A stretch of 64,000 nt of DNA from an uncultured Clostridia bacterium. Its GTDB lineage: Bacteria; Bacillota; Clostridia; Christensenellales; UBA1242. Below the pieces are notes generated by a model. It did no database searches. It saw only the letters and a list, made by a program, of their open reading frames with translations, and was not told the DNA's origin. Both the position numbers and the translations under genes were made by a program. Positions 1-15,000 of this stretch are shown one piece after another. How positions within the stretch are numbered: the stretch's first letter is position 1; the number at the start of each line of letters is the position of its first letter. Where the stretch lies: the NCBI GenBank assembly GCA_937893125.1, contig CALBHW010000059.1:17838-81837 (forward strand), read 5' to 3'.

Positions 1-1
1 A

Positions 2-3000
2 GCAAAATTTGAGTCTTTTGACGGAAATAATAAGGTTATTACAATCAAGAATTTCTCTCTTCCAGACCCAAGACTTACGTCAAATAAGGCAAATATTGGT
101 TTGTTTAGCACAATTTCATCGGGAACAATTGTGAAAAACCTTATCGTTGCGATTCCAAATAGTAAACGCGGAATTTACGAAAACGGCTCCACAAGACAAT
201 ATATTACAAATCTTGAAGCATATTCGTCGGTCAATTTCGGCGGAATTGCGGGTATAAACAACGGAATTATCACAAACTGTGACGTGGTTGCAATAAAATC
301 TAACCTTGAAAATGGTTATGTTGCGAACTTCTTGACAACCGCTCCATCGTCAGTTAATGTTGGTGGACTCGTTGGAACAAACAGTTCAAGCGGAATTATC
401 ACCAATTCGCGTGTTGGAAGAAAAGAAGTTGACATTTTAAGAACAAGTTATGTTGGTTCGGTAGTTGCGTCAAAAACGCGACTTCAAAACACAACAAACT
501 TCATTATGGCGCTTTATGGTGGCGGAAATGTCGGCGGATTTGTTGGTGTAAACGCGGGAACAATCTCGTCAAGTTATGTTGACAATTTGCAACTTGAAGT
601 TTATAGCGCAAGCGGAACATCTCCTATTAAGACAGCTGGATTTGCAGTTATAAACTCTGGTTACATCTATGGCTCTTATGCAAGTGGACCAGAAGAAGGT
701 GTAACAGGCAACTACTCAGTTTCAAGAAAACTTGGTGGCGGTATTTTCTCTAACGGTCTTGTATCTGGATTTGTGTTTAATAACGAAAATTACATTGCGG
801 ATTGCTATTCAAATATCAATCTTAGCGGAAATTACGAATTTGCTCTTCAATCGGAAAGAGTTTTGCATGACAAAGATTTGACCGATGTGTCATCGTCGCC
901 AGCGGTTGCGGGATTTGTGTATGTTAAGGACGAAAAATCTATTGTTAAGACATCATATTCACTTAGCAAAATCAAATCAAACAGCAGTTACGGGCCATTT
1001 GAAAGCCCAATCGGCGTTCAACTCAACACAAACAGCACTCAACTTGGCACAATTGAAAATTGCTACTATCTAAGAGAAGAAAGGGAAGATTTTCCAAGCA
1101 ACTTTGAAAGAGCAAAAGAGCTTTCAGACAATGCGGTCGTTGACTCTGAGGCAACAACTTTGTCGGGAATTAACCAATTTGCATTAACAAGTAGTTTTAA
1201 CGGCTTCTCATTTGACCCTGAAATTGATGATTTTAGCAACTTCTCAGGTCAAAGTTCGGGTGGCGTGTGGGCTATAAGAAAAGGTGAAAGCGGAAGTGGT
1301 TATCCAGAACTTATAAGCGCAAGCACAATTGCATTATCAAGTAGAATTTTGAACACTTCAAAAACGGACGGCACTCAAAAGAAATTCTTTACTTATATTG
1401 TCGACTACGAACTTGGTTCTTTAAATAACCCATATCTAATTAGCACAGCGGAACAATACAACAAAATTTTCAGCGACTATGCGGATAATTTGGAATATGA
1501 GAATACGGGTTCAAAGTATGTTTCAAATATAAGACTTATTAACAACCTTAATTTTAGTGGGCTTGAAGTTAAATCTACATCGATTGAATTTACTTCAATC
1601 ACAGGACAAATTTCGCTTTTCGATGGAAACTACCTTACTATGACGGGGCTTTCCTTGCAAGACACCAACGAAGGCAGTTACGCATTTGGTCTCTTTAAAG
1701 GTATTTATCGCGCGGGGGTTAAGAACTTAACTCTTGGCATTTCCGAAATCTCGGCGGGCTCAACAACGGCGGTCGGTGGACTTGCAGGTGTTATTGTAGA
1801 TAGTAACATTTCAAACGTTTCTCTTGTTCCAGCAGATGGCGGAAAGGGCGAAATATTCGGAAGAAATTATGTTGGTGCTCTAGCTGGAATTATCACTTCA
1901 AGTGACCCAGCAAGTAGAATCGACGAAGATAAGGACAAATTGTACTACATTTCTAACATCAATTCCACACTTTCAATTAAGAGTGACCAAGGTATTGACG
2001 CGTCGTCATCTCTTACGACGGCATTTAGAATTTGGCAAGATATTAGTCCAGTTTCAGACATTAGCGGTGTTTCTTCATCAGCGGGCAATTTAAGGCTTAA
2101 CAACCTTAACACAAATGTCGCATACGCTGGTGGCGTCGCGGGTGTTATCGACCTTAGACAAGACTATGTAACGAGTGGAAGTTCGGCAGTTATTTCAAAA
2201 GAAGTAGCATATAACATCCATGTCGGCGAATTCACTCCAACTACATCTATTATTTCTTCTTCAGCATTTAGTAATTCGGTTAAAATTTTGTCCAACTATG
2301 TCGGTGGATTGTTTGGAATGATAGGTTCGCAAACAATGGTTGCTAGGTCGGAATTTATCGTTGACGAAGATAGTTCTTTGTCGGCTTACAAGGTTGCGGG
2401 CGGACTTTCAGCGTTTAACTACGGAATGATCTCAAAATCATTTGTAGCGCACAACAAAGACAACAACCAAAGTGTTGACGAAGCACTTACAAGCTATATG
2501 GACGGCGGGAATGATGCTATTCAAATCAATTCGTCTTTGTATTCAAAGAGTAGCGAATACACTCCAAGATATATTGGCGGACTTGTCGGAATTAACGCGG
2601 GAAGTTTGGTTAACAACTCAGGTAGTATTATTGATTCATATAATAGAGTTGATGTGAGAAATCCTGGCTCTATTGCAGTTGGCGGAATCGTCGGCGGAAG
2701 TTATGTCGGTGAACTTAGAAATGTTTACACAACAGCAAGTTTGCTTGGCAACACTAATGCAACTGAAACCGTATATATCGGCGGAATAGTCGGAAGAATT
2801 TTTGATAGACCAACCGAAAATTTCTTTGTAGAAACCGCTAGCGGAAACAAGGTTTTAAATCTTAGCAACATTGTCGCTATGAATATATATAGCGAAAGCG
2901 ACTTTGACCTTTTGTACGAATTTGTAACACACAATGACGGGGCGATTGGCGCGCTTTATGGAAAATATATAAATCTTAAAGCGGACGGGACACAAGGAAT

Positions 3001-6000
3001 TGTGAGAATTGACCAAGGCGCAAGAGTTTACTTTAACCAATATGCGTTAAGGACATATGACGGAAGCGAAGTTTTCCAAGCGGGAAGAGACTCAACGTTT
3101 AATGTTGGCACATATATTACTGAAAAGGGCACAACATCTCTTATTAACCTTTGGGGTGCGTGCAAGACTGCAAGTTCTATAAATCTTTATGATAAATATT
3201 TAGCTAACTATATGGAAGGGTCGAGTTACTATGTTATTCAACCACATCAACTTTATAGGTTCTTGAAAAATGACGGTAATCCAGACTGTGCTCCACTTAG
3301 AAATACATACTTTGGTCCACTTAAATGGTCGAGAGATGTGTGGTCTTATAACGATGCTCAAATTCTTCCAACACTTGATTATGGATATAAGACGAGTGTA
3401 AGAAGAATTTACACAGCGCAAGAATTTATCGACGAAGTTTCTTCATCTAACAACTCCGAAATGACATATCTTATTATGAACGACCTTGATTTCAGTACCA
3501 TAGCATTTACTCCAATTAACAAGACTTTTGGCGGAAGAATCATCGGAAGTAGCGTTCAATATGTTGTGGACGGTGTGACATATTCAAGATATCCAATTTT
3601 GTTCAATCTTGATTATTCCTTGAATGCGGAATCGGCAACGAGAAGTTCTTACGCGTTATTCGAACACGCGAGCAACGCGACGATTTCAAATCTTAACATT
3701 GTCGTTAAGAATTACGATGTCAATTTTAGATCTGACCTTTCAACAACGGCAAAAGCGTCAGCCCTTATTGCTCTAGCGGAAGGCGTAACGCTTTCAAATG
3801 TCAATGTTTATAGTTCACTTCTTGGGAAAGTCTCGACTGTCGCGTCAAAATTGTCATATGCGTCATCGTTTAGTGGCGATTATAGCGTTACGCAAGGTTT
3901 GGCGGTTGATTCTGAGACGGGGAAATATACTCAAGCAAGTAGCGCGTATTTAAGAACAAAATATAATAACGAAACAAGACTTTATCAATATGTCGGAAAA
4001 CAAGGTAATATAGATGTTAATAGTTTTGTTATTCAATCAGTCACGGCGGAAGATGGTTCGTCCACTCCAGTAAGTGAAATAGCAAATATTCCAGTAAAGA
4101 CGGCAAAAATTAAGACAAACGCGGAATATTTTGGTGGACTTATTGCTTCAACGGGCGAAAGTACGGTTGTTATTGAAAATTGTAGCTCAAATATCGATGT
4201 TGAAATCGTTGTAACAAAGAAACTCAACAACGCTTACTACGGCGCAATTATCGGCGAAGGTAATGGCAAAATTAGAAGGTCGACTGCGTCTGGCGAAACG
4301 GGGACAAAGTTGTCCGTTCAATCAAGTTACAACCCAACGGGTGCATATAAAGATGTTGAAAATATGTATGTTGGCGGTATTGCAGGATTCTTCAAAGGCG
4401 AACTTGACTACATTTATATTGACAACTTGACAATTACGGTTGGCGGAAATCCAATAGGGAGTAAGAGCGAAAAAGCGTTTATTGTCAACACTCCAAGAGA
4501 AAGTGCGTCAGGTGGCGCGTATATTGGTGGTGTGGTCGGAAGCGCAAGCACATTTACTGCAAGCAAAGACTACACAAGTGGAAGTTTGAGCGAAATAAAT
4601 GTCACAAATATCAGAATTGAAACGACAGTTAAAGGACAACTCACCGTTGGTGGTGTTGTGGCTAGAAATGTCGCGACAATTTCTGGAATTTATATTAGAA
4701 ATCTCTCAAGTAGCACTTCGTCGGGCATTGTTGCTCATATTGACAACGGCTCAGCAAAGAATGTTTTAGGCGGTGTTGTCGGCGAAAATACAACATCGGC
4801 ACTTAGTGATGTTTATTCCAACCTTTCAATTAACACTATAAGTTCAGCATATGCTTCACTTTATGTGGGCGGTATTTTGGGACAAACAACTTCAACTATG
4901 GCACTTAGAAATGTCGTGAGTGACGCAAAAGCGATAACGCTTGACAAGATTAAGAAAGATGATGGCTATGACAATCTTGATTATGTCGTCATTGGTGGCG
5001 TTGTTGCAAGTGCTTCATCTCTTGAAGTTAGAAACATTTTGTCAACAGTTGACATTGTGGCTAGCCAAGATAGGGAAATGACTATTGGTGGCGCAATCGG
5101 AAATGTTGGGACAATTTCGACAGCGAATGCAATTGTTTTAGGGAACATTCTTCTTCGTCGTGGAATGGGCGTCGATAAAGACAGTTACTTCTATCTTGAC
5201 GAAGCGTCGAGATATAATGTCGGCGGATTTATCGGGAATGTTGAAACATCATTTGCGGTTTTGACTGACAATTCAAATCAAGAAAACCTTATTTTATCAA
5301 CAATTAGAGATTATGCGATAGGTCAAAAACTTGAAGTGTATGAAGGGAGTGTTATCGGCGGAAATTTGAGCAAAATCAATTTCTCGGGTCCACTTTTCAA
5401 AGTTTACTACAACGAAAATATTTCACTTGTAGCAAACAACAATGTTGTAAATCTCAGTACTCTTGCGACAGGACAAATTGTCGCGAGTGCGGACGACTTT
5501 ACATCTATTGACCAAGATGACTCGCTTATTACATTGTTTAAGGATATGCTCTCGAACTTCACATATTCTTCGGGCATTGTGCCACAATCAATTACTTATG
5601 TCGAAGGCACATCAACAACATTCTTTAACAACTATTATAGGGCAGTTGATAAAGAACCAGTTGTTGGTTCAAAACTTGCTCCACAAAAATTTGAAGGCGG
5701 AAATCCTACAAATAATACTTACTATGTTTTGGAAAGTGATTTGACATTAAGTAGTAGCATTTCAGCGGTAAACGGAAGCGATGTTTACACAGGCTGGGTC
5801 ATAAATTGCAGAGGTTTTGCAATAAAGGTTAGAAATGATAAGGGACTTGCTGTTTCGGCGTTTAGCGAAGTTACTGAAAATTCGGCAGTTGTCGGAATGC
5901 TTGTTACTGTAACTGATAATGTTGTTGATAATTTCTCGGCGATAGCGGATACAAATAACGGATTTATATTCTCTTGTGGCGTGTCGGGTAAGATAGCAAA

Positions 6001-9000
6001 CGATGAGAATCCTCAACAACCAGCAAGGGCGTTGACTTCACTTGTTTATAACAACCTTGGTGTTATTTCAAGGTCGTTCTCGACAGCAGAAATCGTATCT
6101 GACGGCGGATTTGGTCTTGTTGCGTACAATGGTAAGGAAGAAGCGAAAGAAAAAGTAGGAAATATTTACGACTCATTCTTCACAGGGTCAATTGTTGATA
6201 AGGCGGTTTCTGGAGATAGCGTTTTTGCAGGGATTGCACTTCAAAGTTACTATGGAGTTATGTCCAACAGTTACACAATGGCTGACATTGACACTTCAAA
6301 AGTAACTAATATTTATCCTATTATGCAAGTTGATTTTGCGGAAAATCCAAAACAAAATCTTTATCGTACGTTCTATGACTACATTGCTTACCTTGGTGAC
6401 TTTGAGGGAACAGTAAATGGTGTTGAAAGAACAAGAAGTATTGCAAACACTGATTCAACAAACAAGAGTTTCTTGACTGTTGGCGGAATTTATGTTTGGA
6501 CAACAACTTTCTCAGGCGACATAACAAAACGACTTGAAGGCTCGGACAATGACGAAAACTTGAACAATTTAGTTAACACTGTTACAAAGAGTATGACTGA
6601 TTTGTTCCAAACAAACTGGATTGGTCAAGCAAATAAAAACATCTTAATTGAAACATTTGTTGAAAAAGTTTGCTCACTCGAAGACACTGCAAACGCGGAT
6701 GACGCGAGAAAGCACCTTGACAACACTTGGTTTAACTATGGATACATTTCAAAAGATTTAAGTCGAGTTTATGTAGGGAATAATGCTTCAAAATATTTCC
6801 AAATGCTTTATTCGGGCAACGGGTTAGCAAGTAAAGAAAATATTACGGGCGCAAAAACGAGCACGGTCAAAGGTTTCTTAGACCAACCATATAGCATTAA
6901 ACACGGTGGACTTCTTGATATGCTTGTGACGGAAAATTGTTTGCTTAGCGAACCTATTTATAGACACTATTTGTTCACAAGAAACATCAGCCTTAAAAAA
7001 TACAATGGTTTGACCTATTGGTCAGAAAGTTGGGATCTTAACAACGCAGTTTTCATTGGTGACCTTGACGGTGACGGAAAACTTGTTTCAGATATGTTCT
7101 CAACCTATGGGCTTGTCCGTGCAATTCCGAATGCGGGCAACACAGGGCTTGTGACAAAGGTTAGAAACATCGTCTTTAACGGCTCCTACTCAAAGACAGG
7201 GCTTGTCGCTGGTTATATGGGCGGTGGCGAGATTTCGGGAATAAAGGTTCTTGACTCTTATTTGGGGCGCACGGGTGTTAACTATGTTTATAACGGCAAC
7301 CTTTTTGATACAAAGGTTGACGGCGTGGAATCGGCAAAACTTATGTCTGATCGCGCAATGAACAGTTTAAAAGCGTCTATTACCGAAATAACAGTCAAAG
7401 AAAATAATGTAACTACAACAAAGAGATTTATGGGCAAGAATAGGCTTAATGGTCAAGCGACTGTTTTTGCTGGCGGACTTGTAGGTTACATGACGGACGG
7501 ATTGATTACTGACATTGAGATTAACGGTCTTAACATTATGGCGTATAACCGTGTCGGCATTGCAAGTAAACTTTTCACAAAAGAAAATGGTTACAATGTA
7601 AATATCACAAGTGACACAAGTATGTATAATGACGACATCACCTACGCGGGTGGATTGGTCGGAATAATGACTGGTGGTGAAATTAAAGGCACACAAAATG
7701 TCATAAGAAATGGTTACATTTTAGCTACAGATAAGACAGAAAATAACGGCGTTGATATTTTGGGCGGTAGTGGTGACATTGTTGTAAGAAAACTTACAGT
7801 CGCGACATCGTTTGATGACCAACAATATTTGCAACCATATTCATATGTAGGCGGAATTGTGGGTTATATCGGAAAAGAAAAAGACAACACAAATATTCCT
7901 GTTATTAGCAACATTTCATTCGAGCAAAAATATGATGATGATTCTGATAAAACAGCAATTTCCTTGTATGGAATGATGAGTTTAGGTGGATTTGCGGGAA
8001 TTGTTGATGGCGGAAAAGTTCTTGCTTGCTCATACAACCTTCAATCAACGAACAATGACGCAAACAAACTTAGAGTCGGCTATGGCAAATGGACAAGAGT
8101 AGAAGAAGGTAGCAATAAGAGCATTAACCTTACTCTTGAAGATTTGAGTGGTGGAAATCTAGGTGGAGTTGAATCTGTTGTGGAAGGTGATTTCTTCTCA
8201 AATAGCGGCGAAAAACATAAGGTCACAATCCTTATAAACGACATATATGTAGGGGGAATTGCGGGGGCTATTTATAGCGGAACAATTTCATATTGTAAAT
8301 TTGATAAAGAGTCAGCAATGCATATGCAAACGACCAAGCTTAGTGGCTACGGAAACATTATGGTCGGCGGAATAGTTGGTGAGAGTTATGAAAGCAATTC
8401 TAGCGATCAATCGGTTGTTATAACCAATGTTGAAAGTAGAGGCTCAATCAATGTTCAAGGGGCAGTTGAAATTATTGTTGGCGGAGTTATTGGCCGTATG
8501 AGAAAAGGAACTGTTCAAAATGTTACGGTTGGTGGAGAAGAGTCAACTATTGAAATTAGAGCAACTTCAACTGAACTCTCAGCAAAAGCAAGTGGTTATA
8601 TTGACTGGGCAAACGGCAGTTCATTTATCAGAAATTCAGACCAAGCACAAAGTGCTTTTGAAAAATATATTCAAAGTGTTAAGGATAACTGGAGTGACTC
8701 AAAGAATGTTTGGGATTACACCAAAACAATTTATAAAGCAATTATAGAATTTGGTGATGACAACTACTGGAAAGCAGCGTGCGAAGTAAAAGGTTTGGCT
8801 CAACTTAGCTTCACCGCACAAAACGCGATGGCGGGTGGTGTTGTAGGTAAACTTATAAGCGGAGAACTTGAAGGTGACTACAATAAACAAGTTGACGGTT
8901 CATATCCAGAAGGAACGGAATATACAGGATATATTAAATTTGGAAAAGCTAGGATATATTCAACCGAATCTTCTGGCGGTGTTGTAGGAAAAATTGTGTA

Positions 9001-12000
9001 CAACGGCGACCCAGTTTCGGTTAAACATATTGAAGTCGGAAGCAATATTAGCGTTTTCAGCGCAGGTACAATTTCCTTTGTTATAAAAGGTCAAACATAT
9101 ACCTATGTTTCGTCTAATGCATACGCAAATATTGATGATGTTGTCGCGAAAGCTTTTAAAGATGATATGAAACTTGTTATCGACGCAGATTCAATAGCAA
9201 GCCTTAGCAATGTTTCTCTTTATGGAATTTTCGGACTTGGACTTTCCAAATCAAGCGCAGGCGGTATTGTTGGATATATTAAATATCAAGATACTACTTG
9301 GACTAATGAAGAATTGATTACCGTTTCAGACTGTGCAACTCACGGTTCGGTTGGTAGCGCACTTGCCACATATGTTGGCGGAATTGTAGGTCTTGTTTCC
9401 GACACATCGGGAAGAAATAAGCATACAATGATTAAAAATTGCACAAGTTCTTCTCTTCTTCGCGGATATTTACTCAAATCATTCGCAGGCGGAACAGTAG
9501 GATATTTAAATACTGGAACAGTTTACAATTGTGTGTCTTATGCTTCATTTGGTGATGCGTTTGAGACAATAGGAAATATGTTCTCATTAGCGCCAGACAA
9601 TTCAGCAAATAATGATGCTTGGAAGAATATTCTTGACGGAATTGCAAATATGCTTGTTGGCATTCCAAATATTTCAGGCGGTATCGTAGGATATTGTGAA
9701 GACGGTGTCGTAAGGGCATGCTCAACTGGCGAATGCGACTTTAACACATTTGGTTTTAAGATGTCATTTGTTCTAGGTGTTCGTGTTGCTGGCGGTATCG
9801 TTGGCGTCGCAGCGGGCGGAACATTTACGCCACAAGAAATTAAAGTGGTCAAAAAAGACGGAAAGGAAATCGAACAATACGAGTTTGGTATAATGCAAAA
9901 CAACGGAATTGTTTATTCTCTTTACGGCATTGCGGGCGGACTATTTGGTGTGGTTAGCGGTGCTGATGTGGAAATTGTTGGCTATCAAAACTCCAATTTC
10001 AGAATTGCAGATATTTTAGGTACAACTATTAGGCTTGCTTCTAGTGCTTTTGGTGCGGGTGACGCAGAAAAGAATTGGGAAAACTTCAAAAACGCTTTTG
10101 AAGATGAATGCAAGCGTACACTAGGCTTAAACGAAAATGGCATTGAACTAGGATTTATGATAAACAACTACCTTGGAATGGTTTTTGGACAAGTTGCTGG
10201 TGGTATCGTAGGTTATTATGATACAAACAATATGGCTACAAGCAGTAGAAAATCACTTTCAGGTTGTATAAATCTTGGTAGGGTGTACACTGGAATAATG
10301 TCAGCTTGGGCTTCAGTCAAGACAATGGCAAAAATGGTCTTATTCAATGAAAATGCAAGCAAAATGAATAATTCAGCGGTTTTAATTGAAATGCTTGCAG
10401 GATTAAGTGATTCAAACTTTGACACTGTTATGAATGACTATATTGCTCAGTTTGACTGGAAGCACGCGGAAATGGATGATATTCAAAGTTCAATTGAAGA
10501 TGGCTTGAGCCAAGCGACATTCTCAGCGGGATTTGTCATTGATGGCGAAAAAGTATCTTTACTTGACATCTTTATGGGTGCGGGACTTGAAAGTCTCTTC
10601 CCAATAAGTTTGGACGAAAATAACACATTGCTTCATTCAGAAGTTGAAATTGCGCAAGACATCCTTGATTTGGTTGAAGGAATAACGGTATTTAAGTATC
10701 ATCACAACCCAAATTGGAAGTTGTCGGATATGAAGGTCGGTGATAATGGCGTTGTTTCGAATGGACTTATAAGAGATGACGAAAAAATTTGTAAGATTGT
10801 AAATAACGAGCCAAAAAATTTGACCAATAAAGATCTTGAAGACGCAAAAGATAAAGGTCTTATCGTATTTAAAGATTTTTACCCAACAGCGATTTCCTTG
10901 ACAGAAGGCGACGATAATGAAGGCTCAAAAGTATGGATTGAGCCAACTATAAAAGGTTTTGGCGCGTCAGGCGGTATCGTTGGTATGATTAACGGTTACA
11001 AGAGTACTGGCGAACTTACAATCAATCTTACATTGAGTTGGACATTCACTGGAATTATGACAGGAGCATTTGCTTCAAGTGTCATCACTTCAAATGGTAT
11101 CGCAGGCGGTATCGTCGGCGTTGCGGGTTCTCCAACAATTGTTACATCGTCCTTTAACTTTACAAATGTTTTAGCTCGTATGGCGGGCGGAATTGTAGGA
11201 CTTGGAAATGATAAGGTTAAGGTCTTGTCATATCAAGGGGGCGCAACTAGTGAAACTGAATTTAAACACATTTTCACTGAAATAATAAACGCGATTATGG
11301 GCGTTGACGAATCAAGTAGACCAAGCGTATGTTATGGATCTGTTATGAATGCTGGTATGGTTAATGGTTCACTCTTTGCTGGCGGTATCTATGGATACGC
11401 AAATGGTGCAATGATTAACTCTCCCGAAATGGAAGAACTCTTCTATAGAGATCACAGTTTAGGAATTTATGTTGATGTTAATGGCAACAATATACTTCCA
11501 GATGATTGGGAAACCATCCTCGATGGTATAAATCTTAGTAAACTTGGAAATGCAAACATCCTTTCGGTAATCAACTCTGGTAGTGTGTTTAGTAATAGAT
11601 TTGCTGGCGGAATTGCAGGGTATTCGACAGGAAATTCTGGCTTCTACAACGCTAAAACAAGTGGAAATTGGTTTAGACTTCTTGGAAATTTGAGCTCTTG
11701 CACGAGTGTTGTTGATTCAATAAACGCTATAGAAGATTGGAATATTCTTAACCCTGAAAACAGAACAACAGGAAACAACGCACCTTGCTTCTATATAAGC
11801 GCTCCATATGCTGGCGGACTTGTTGGCTATTTGGATGATGGTGTTATTGGTGGAAGTTGTAGGGTCGGCACAAATGACGCAGTATCAATAAAAATTAAGA
11901 TTTCTGCACACTTCTATGACCCAAATACAGAAAATATGACCGATAGCGAAAAGGCAAAATATTTAGAGAATAACAAACCAAAATATACGGGCGGATTCGC

Positions 12001-15000
12001 TGGCGGTGTTGTTGGTATTATGGCTGGCGGAATTTTAGGAACAACTTATGAAAATAATGGTGTTGTTCAAAAAGTTGCGATTTCAGTAGGACACTCAACG
12101 ATGTTTGGCTTGACGGAAAACTTTATTATTCCTTATGTTGGTGGTGTGATTGGTGGATATGCTGTTCCGGGTGCAACGACGGCGGAAGCAATAAGGACGG
12201 TAGGTTTTGTTGAAAATTCGGCGGTTGTTTCAAACGGTTTGTTTACGGGCGGTGTTTTCGGTAGAATTATGAGTAACAAAAACATTGGACTTAACCTTGG
12301 TTCTTCTGAAACGGATAATCCTTATATTGTTGGAACGGTTCTTGAGTATGACAATAGTGGAAAACTTAAAACAACTGACAACAAGAGATTGATTATTAAA
12401 GGTAATGCTGGAACAATTTGTGGCGGAATTATAGGTTACCTTGAAAACAGTACTATTAAAAATGTTTTGTCTTGCGCAAAGATTATCGGAAGTAGAGGCT
12501 CAACAATGGGCGGAATTGTAGGGTGGCTTAGAGGCGGTACAATTTCAAATTGTGTTGTCTCACAACTTACAAGAAAGGAAGTTAAAGATTCTAAAGGCAA
12601 TAAAAAGGAAGTCCTTTCTATTGACTGGGATACAAAGGATAAGAAAGGAAATCCTGATTACTTGTTTAATTTAACAAACTCAGTAATCTCAAATGAAGAT
12701 GCAAAGACTGCTTTGAAAAATTACTTTACAGGTGATTCTTCATGGTCAAATGGCGGTTCGCTTGTTTGGTCGAGAATCCTTTCCGAATCTTATGTCGGCG
12801 GTATTGCTGGAAGAATAAGCGGGAACAAGACAGGTGGCGGACATAACATAGCAATTATTTCAAATTGCGTTATGTATGCTAATATGCAAGGTGGCGGTAA
12901 TACAGGTGGTATTGTAGGACATATGATAGGTAAAACTAGGGTCACACAATGCTACAACTTTGGTTCAATTCTTCGTGCGGGTAACGCGGGCGGAATTGTA
13001 GGACTTGCGGAAACTTATCAAGAAGATATGAAATCAGGTCAAACGATGAAGAATGATTCGCCAAACATTGCAAACGTTTATGTCGGAAGAGAACTCCTTG
13101 TCTCAGACGGCGTAAAAGCTGGCGGATTAAGTCTTATCAAATCAGTTCTCAATGAAGACGGCACATCGACTTCGGCAAAGAGAAAAGTGTTTAATGTCTT
13201 AGGAGAAGAAAGAAAAATCTATATGTATGACGATGCACTTTTGGTTCTTGACCTTGGCACTTCATCGGAAGAAGAAATTTCGTTGAAAGACCTTAAAGAA
13301 TTTTTTGGTGTGGGCGAAAACGACGGCTTGCAATCAATTACTGGAAGTATGAGCGTTGGCGGATTTGTGGGCGTACTAAGAGGCCATTCACATCTTGCGT
13401 CGGGCAAAGCGGGAATGCTTGTGAAGGTTGCAACGGAAGTTGACAAAAAGAATAAACTTGAAGATTTAAAACGTATGGTTCTTGCTTCCTATGGTGGCGA
13501 CATAATGGATTTGTTCGGTGACAAGTTTGGTAACATTGACGGCGTTGGCGCTGTCGGTGGCGTGGTCGGAACGGCGACTGAATTTGCTACCGTTGGAATG
13601 AGCGCTTCAGATGAGACATCTTTCTGGAATCAAGTTGTAGATATCTTAAAGGATATCTTTGGCTCACGAGGTCTAACTGAAGGTTACTTGCAGGGTGCTG
13701 GTATAGTAAGTGGCTGGTCAGCTGGTGGTTTAGTCGGAAAACTTTCTAATAAAGCAAAGATTGAGGGCGGAACGACTGCACTGCTTGTACGCGGTGAAAT
13801 ATACGCGGGCGGTGTTGTTGGCTTTGTGGACGGCGATGGAGAATCGCACATTAGAGGCGTAAAAAATTACAGCATATTTAATGTAAACACAAACGGTGTC
13901 ATAGCACTAAGTGGAGACACAATCAAAATTATTGATGACGCAATGAGTAAAGACGATGATGAAGATTTGACAACGGGCGAAGAAACTGGCGACGGAACAA
14001 CCGAAGATGATGAAACAGACATTATGTCTATCGTTAAAACATCTCTTGGTGGGCTTGTTGGCTACTACACAGGACAAGGCGAAATTAAAAATACGGGTAT
14101 GGACCCAATGCCTGTACTTGGGCTTTCAGTTGACGCGGATATTGTTCTTGACAAGTATTTTGCTGGCGGTTACATCGGACATCTTCATAATGCTGATTTG
14201 ACTTCAAACTTAATTTCAGTTCCAACAGATTCAAAAGATGTTAAACTTCAAGTGATTGGCGGTACGTTAAGTTACGCTGGTACGCTTGTTGGTAGAATTA
14301 GTGGTAAAGCTTCAATTGATGTCAATACAAAGAAAATAACTGCGGGCTTGCTCGAAAAATTTAGGACAAATGCTCTTGGAGCGGTTAAAGGTGCTGGTGG
14401 ACTTGTTGGCGCGATTACAAGTAATAGTAAATTTGCCGCTGGTGGGGATATTACATTTGAGCCTTCAAAGGTTACACTTAATATGCCAACTAACTTTGGT
14501 GCAACTCTTAGCGCGATGTCTGTCGGTGGTGCGGTCGGTGCAGTGCTTGATGATTCCGAATTAGTTTTGGGGTGCGATTTCAAGGTTGATGGTTCATTAA
14601 ATACGCCATTTGAAAAAGGCTATTCTGGCGGACTTGTTGGTATTGTAAAAGGAAAGATTACTGGTAACGGGCATACAATTTCAGCGGACGGCTATCCATT
14701 TGGCGCGGAAAGAGATGAGAGAAATCAAATTGATATGGACACAGTAAAAGAAACAACTATCGGTGGCGTCGCAGGCGTGCTTGATTCGGGCGAAATAGGT
14801 AATGTTAAGAACGCAATTTCTATTGAAGCAGGGCACAAATCGACTGTCGGCGGAATTGTCGGCTTGCTCGCTGGCGGAAAAATTCTTGATTGTCAAAATT
14901 CGGCTTCATTAAGTTTGATTTCTAAGAATGATAACGGCACAAGGGGCTCAGCGTCAAACACAACTCCTTGGAGTCAAGTATCTTCAAAGGGCAATTCTAC

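Noticed and set aside
9538-9903. 121-aa - strand ORF, and similar ORFs at 9474-9725, 13219-13446, 14272-14583 and 26879-27172, inside the giant genes
   Set aside because: These are antisense or off-frame shadows of the GG[ILV][IVA]G-encoding repeats. Their translations are Pro/Thr/Ala-rich low complexity (e.g. PPATRTPRT, PPTTLLPRTAPVATT). They have no RBS and are fully nested in a much longer, coherent frame.
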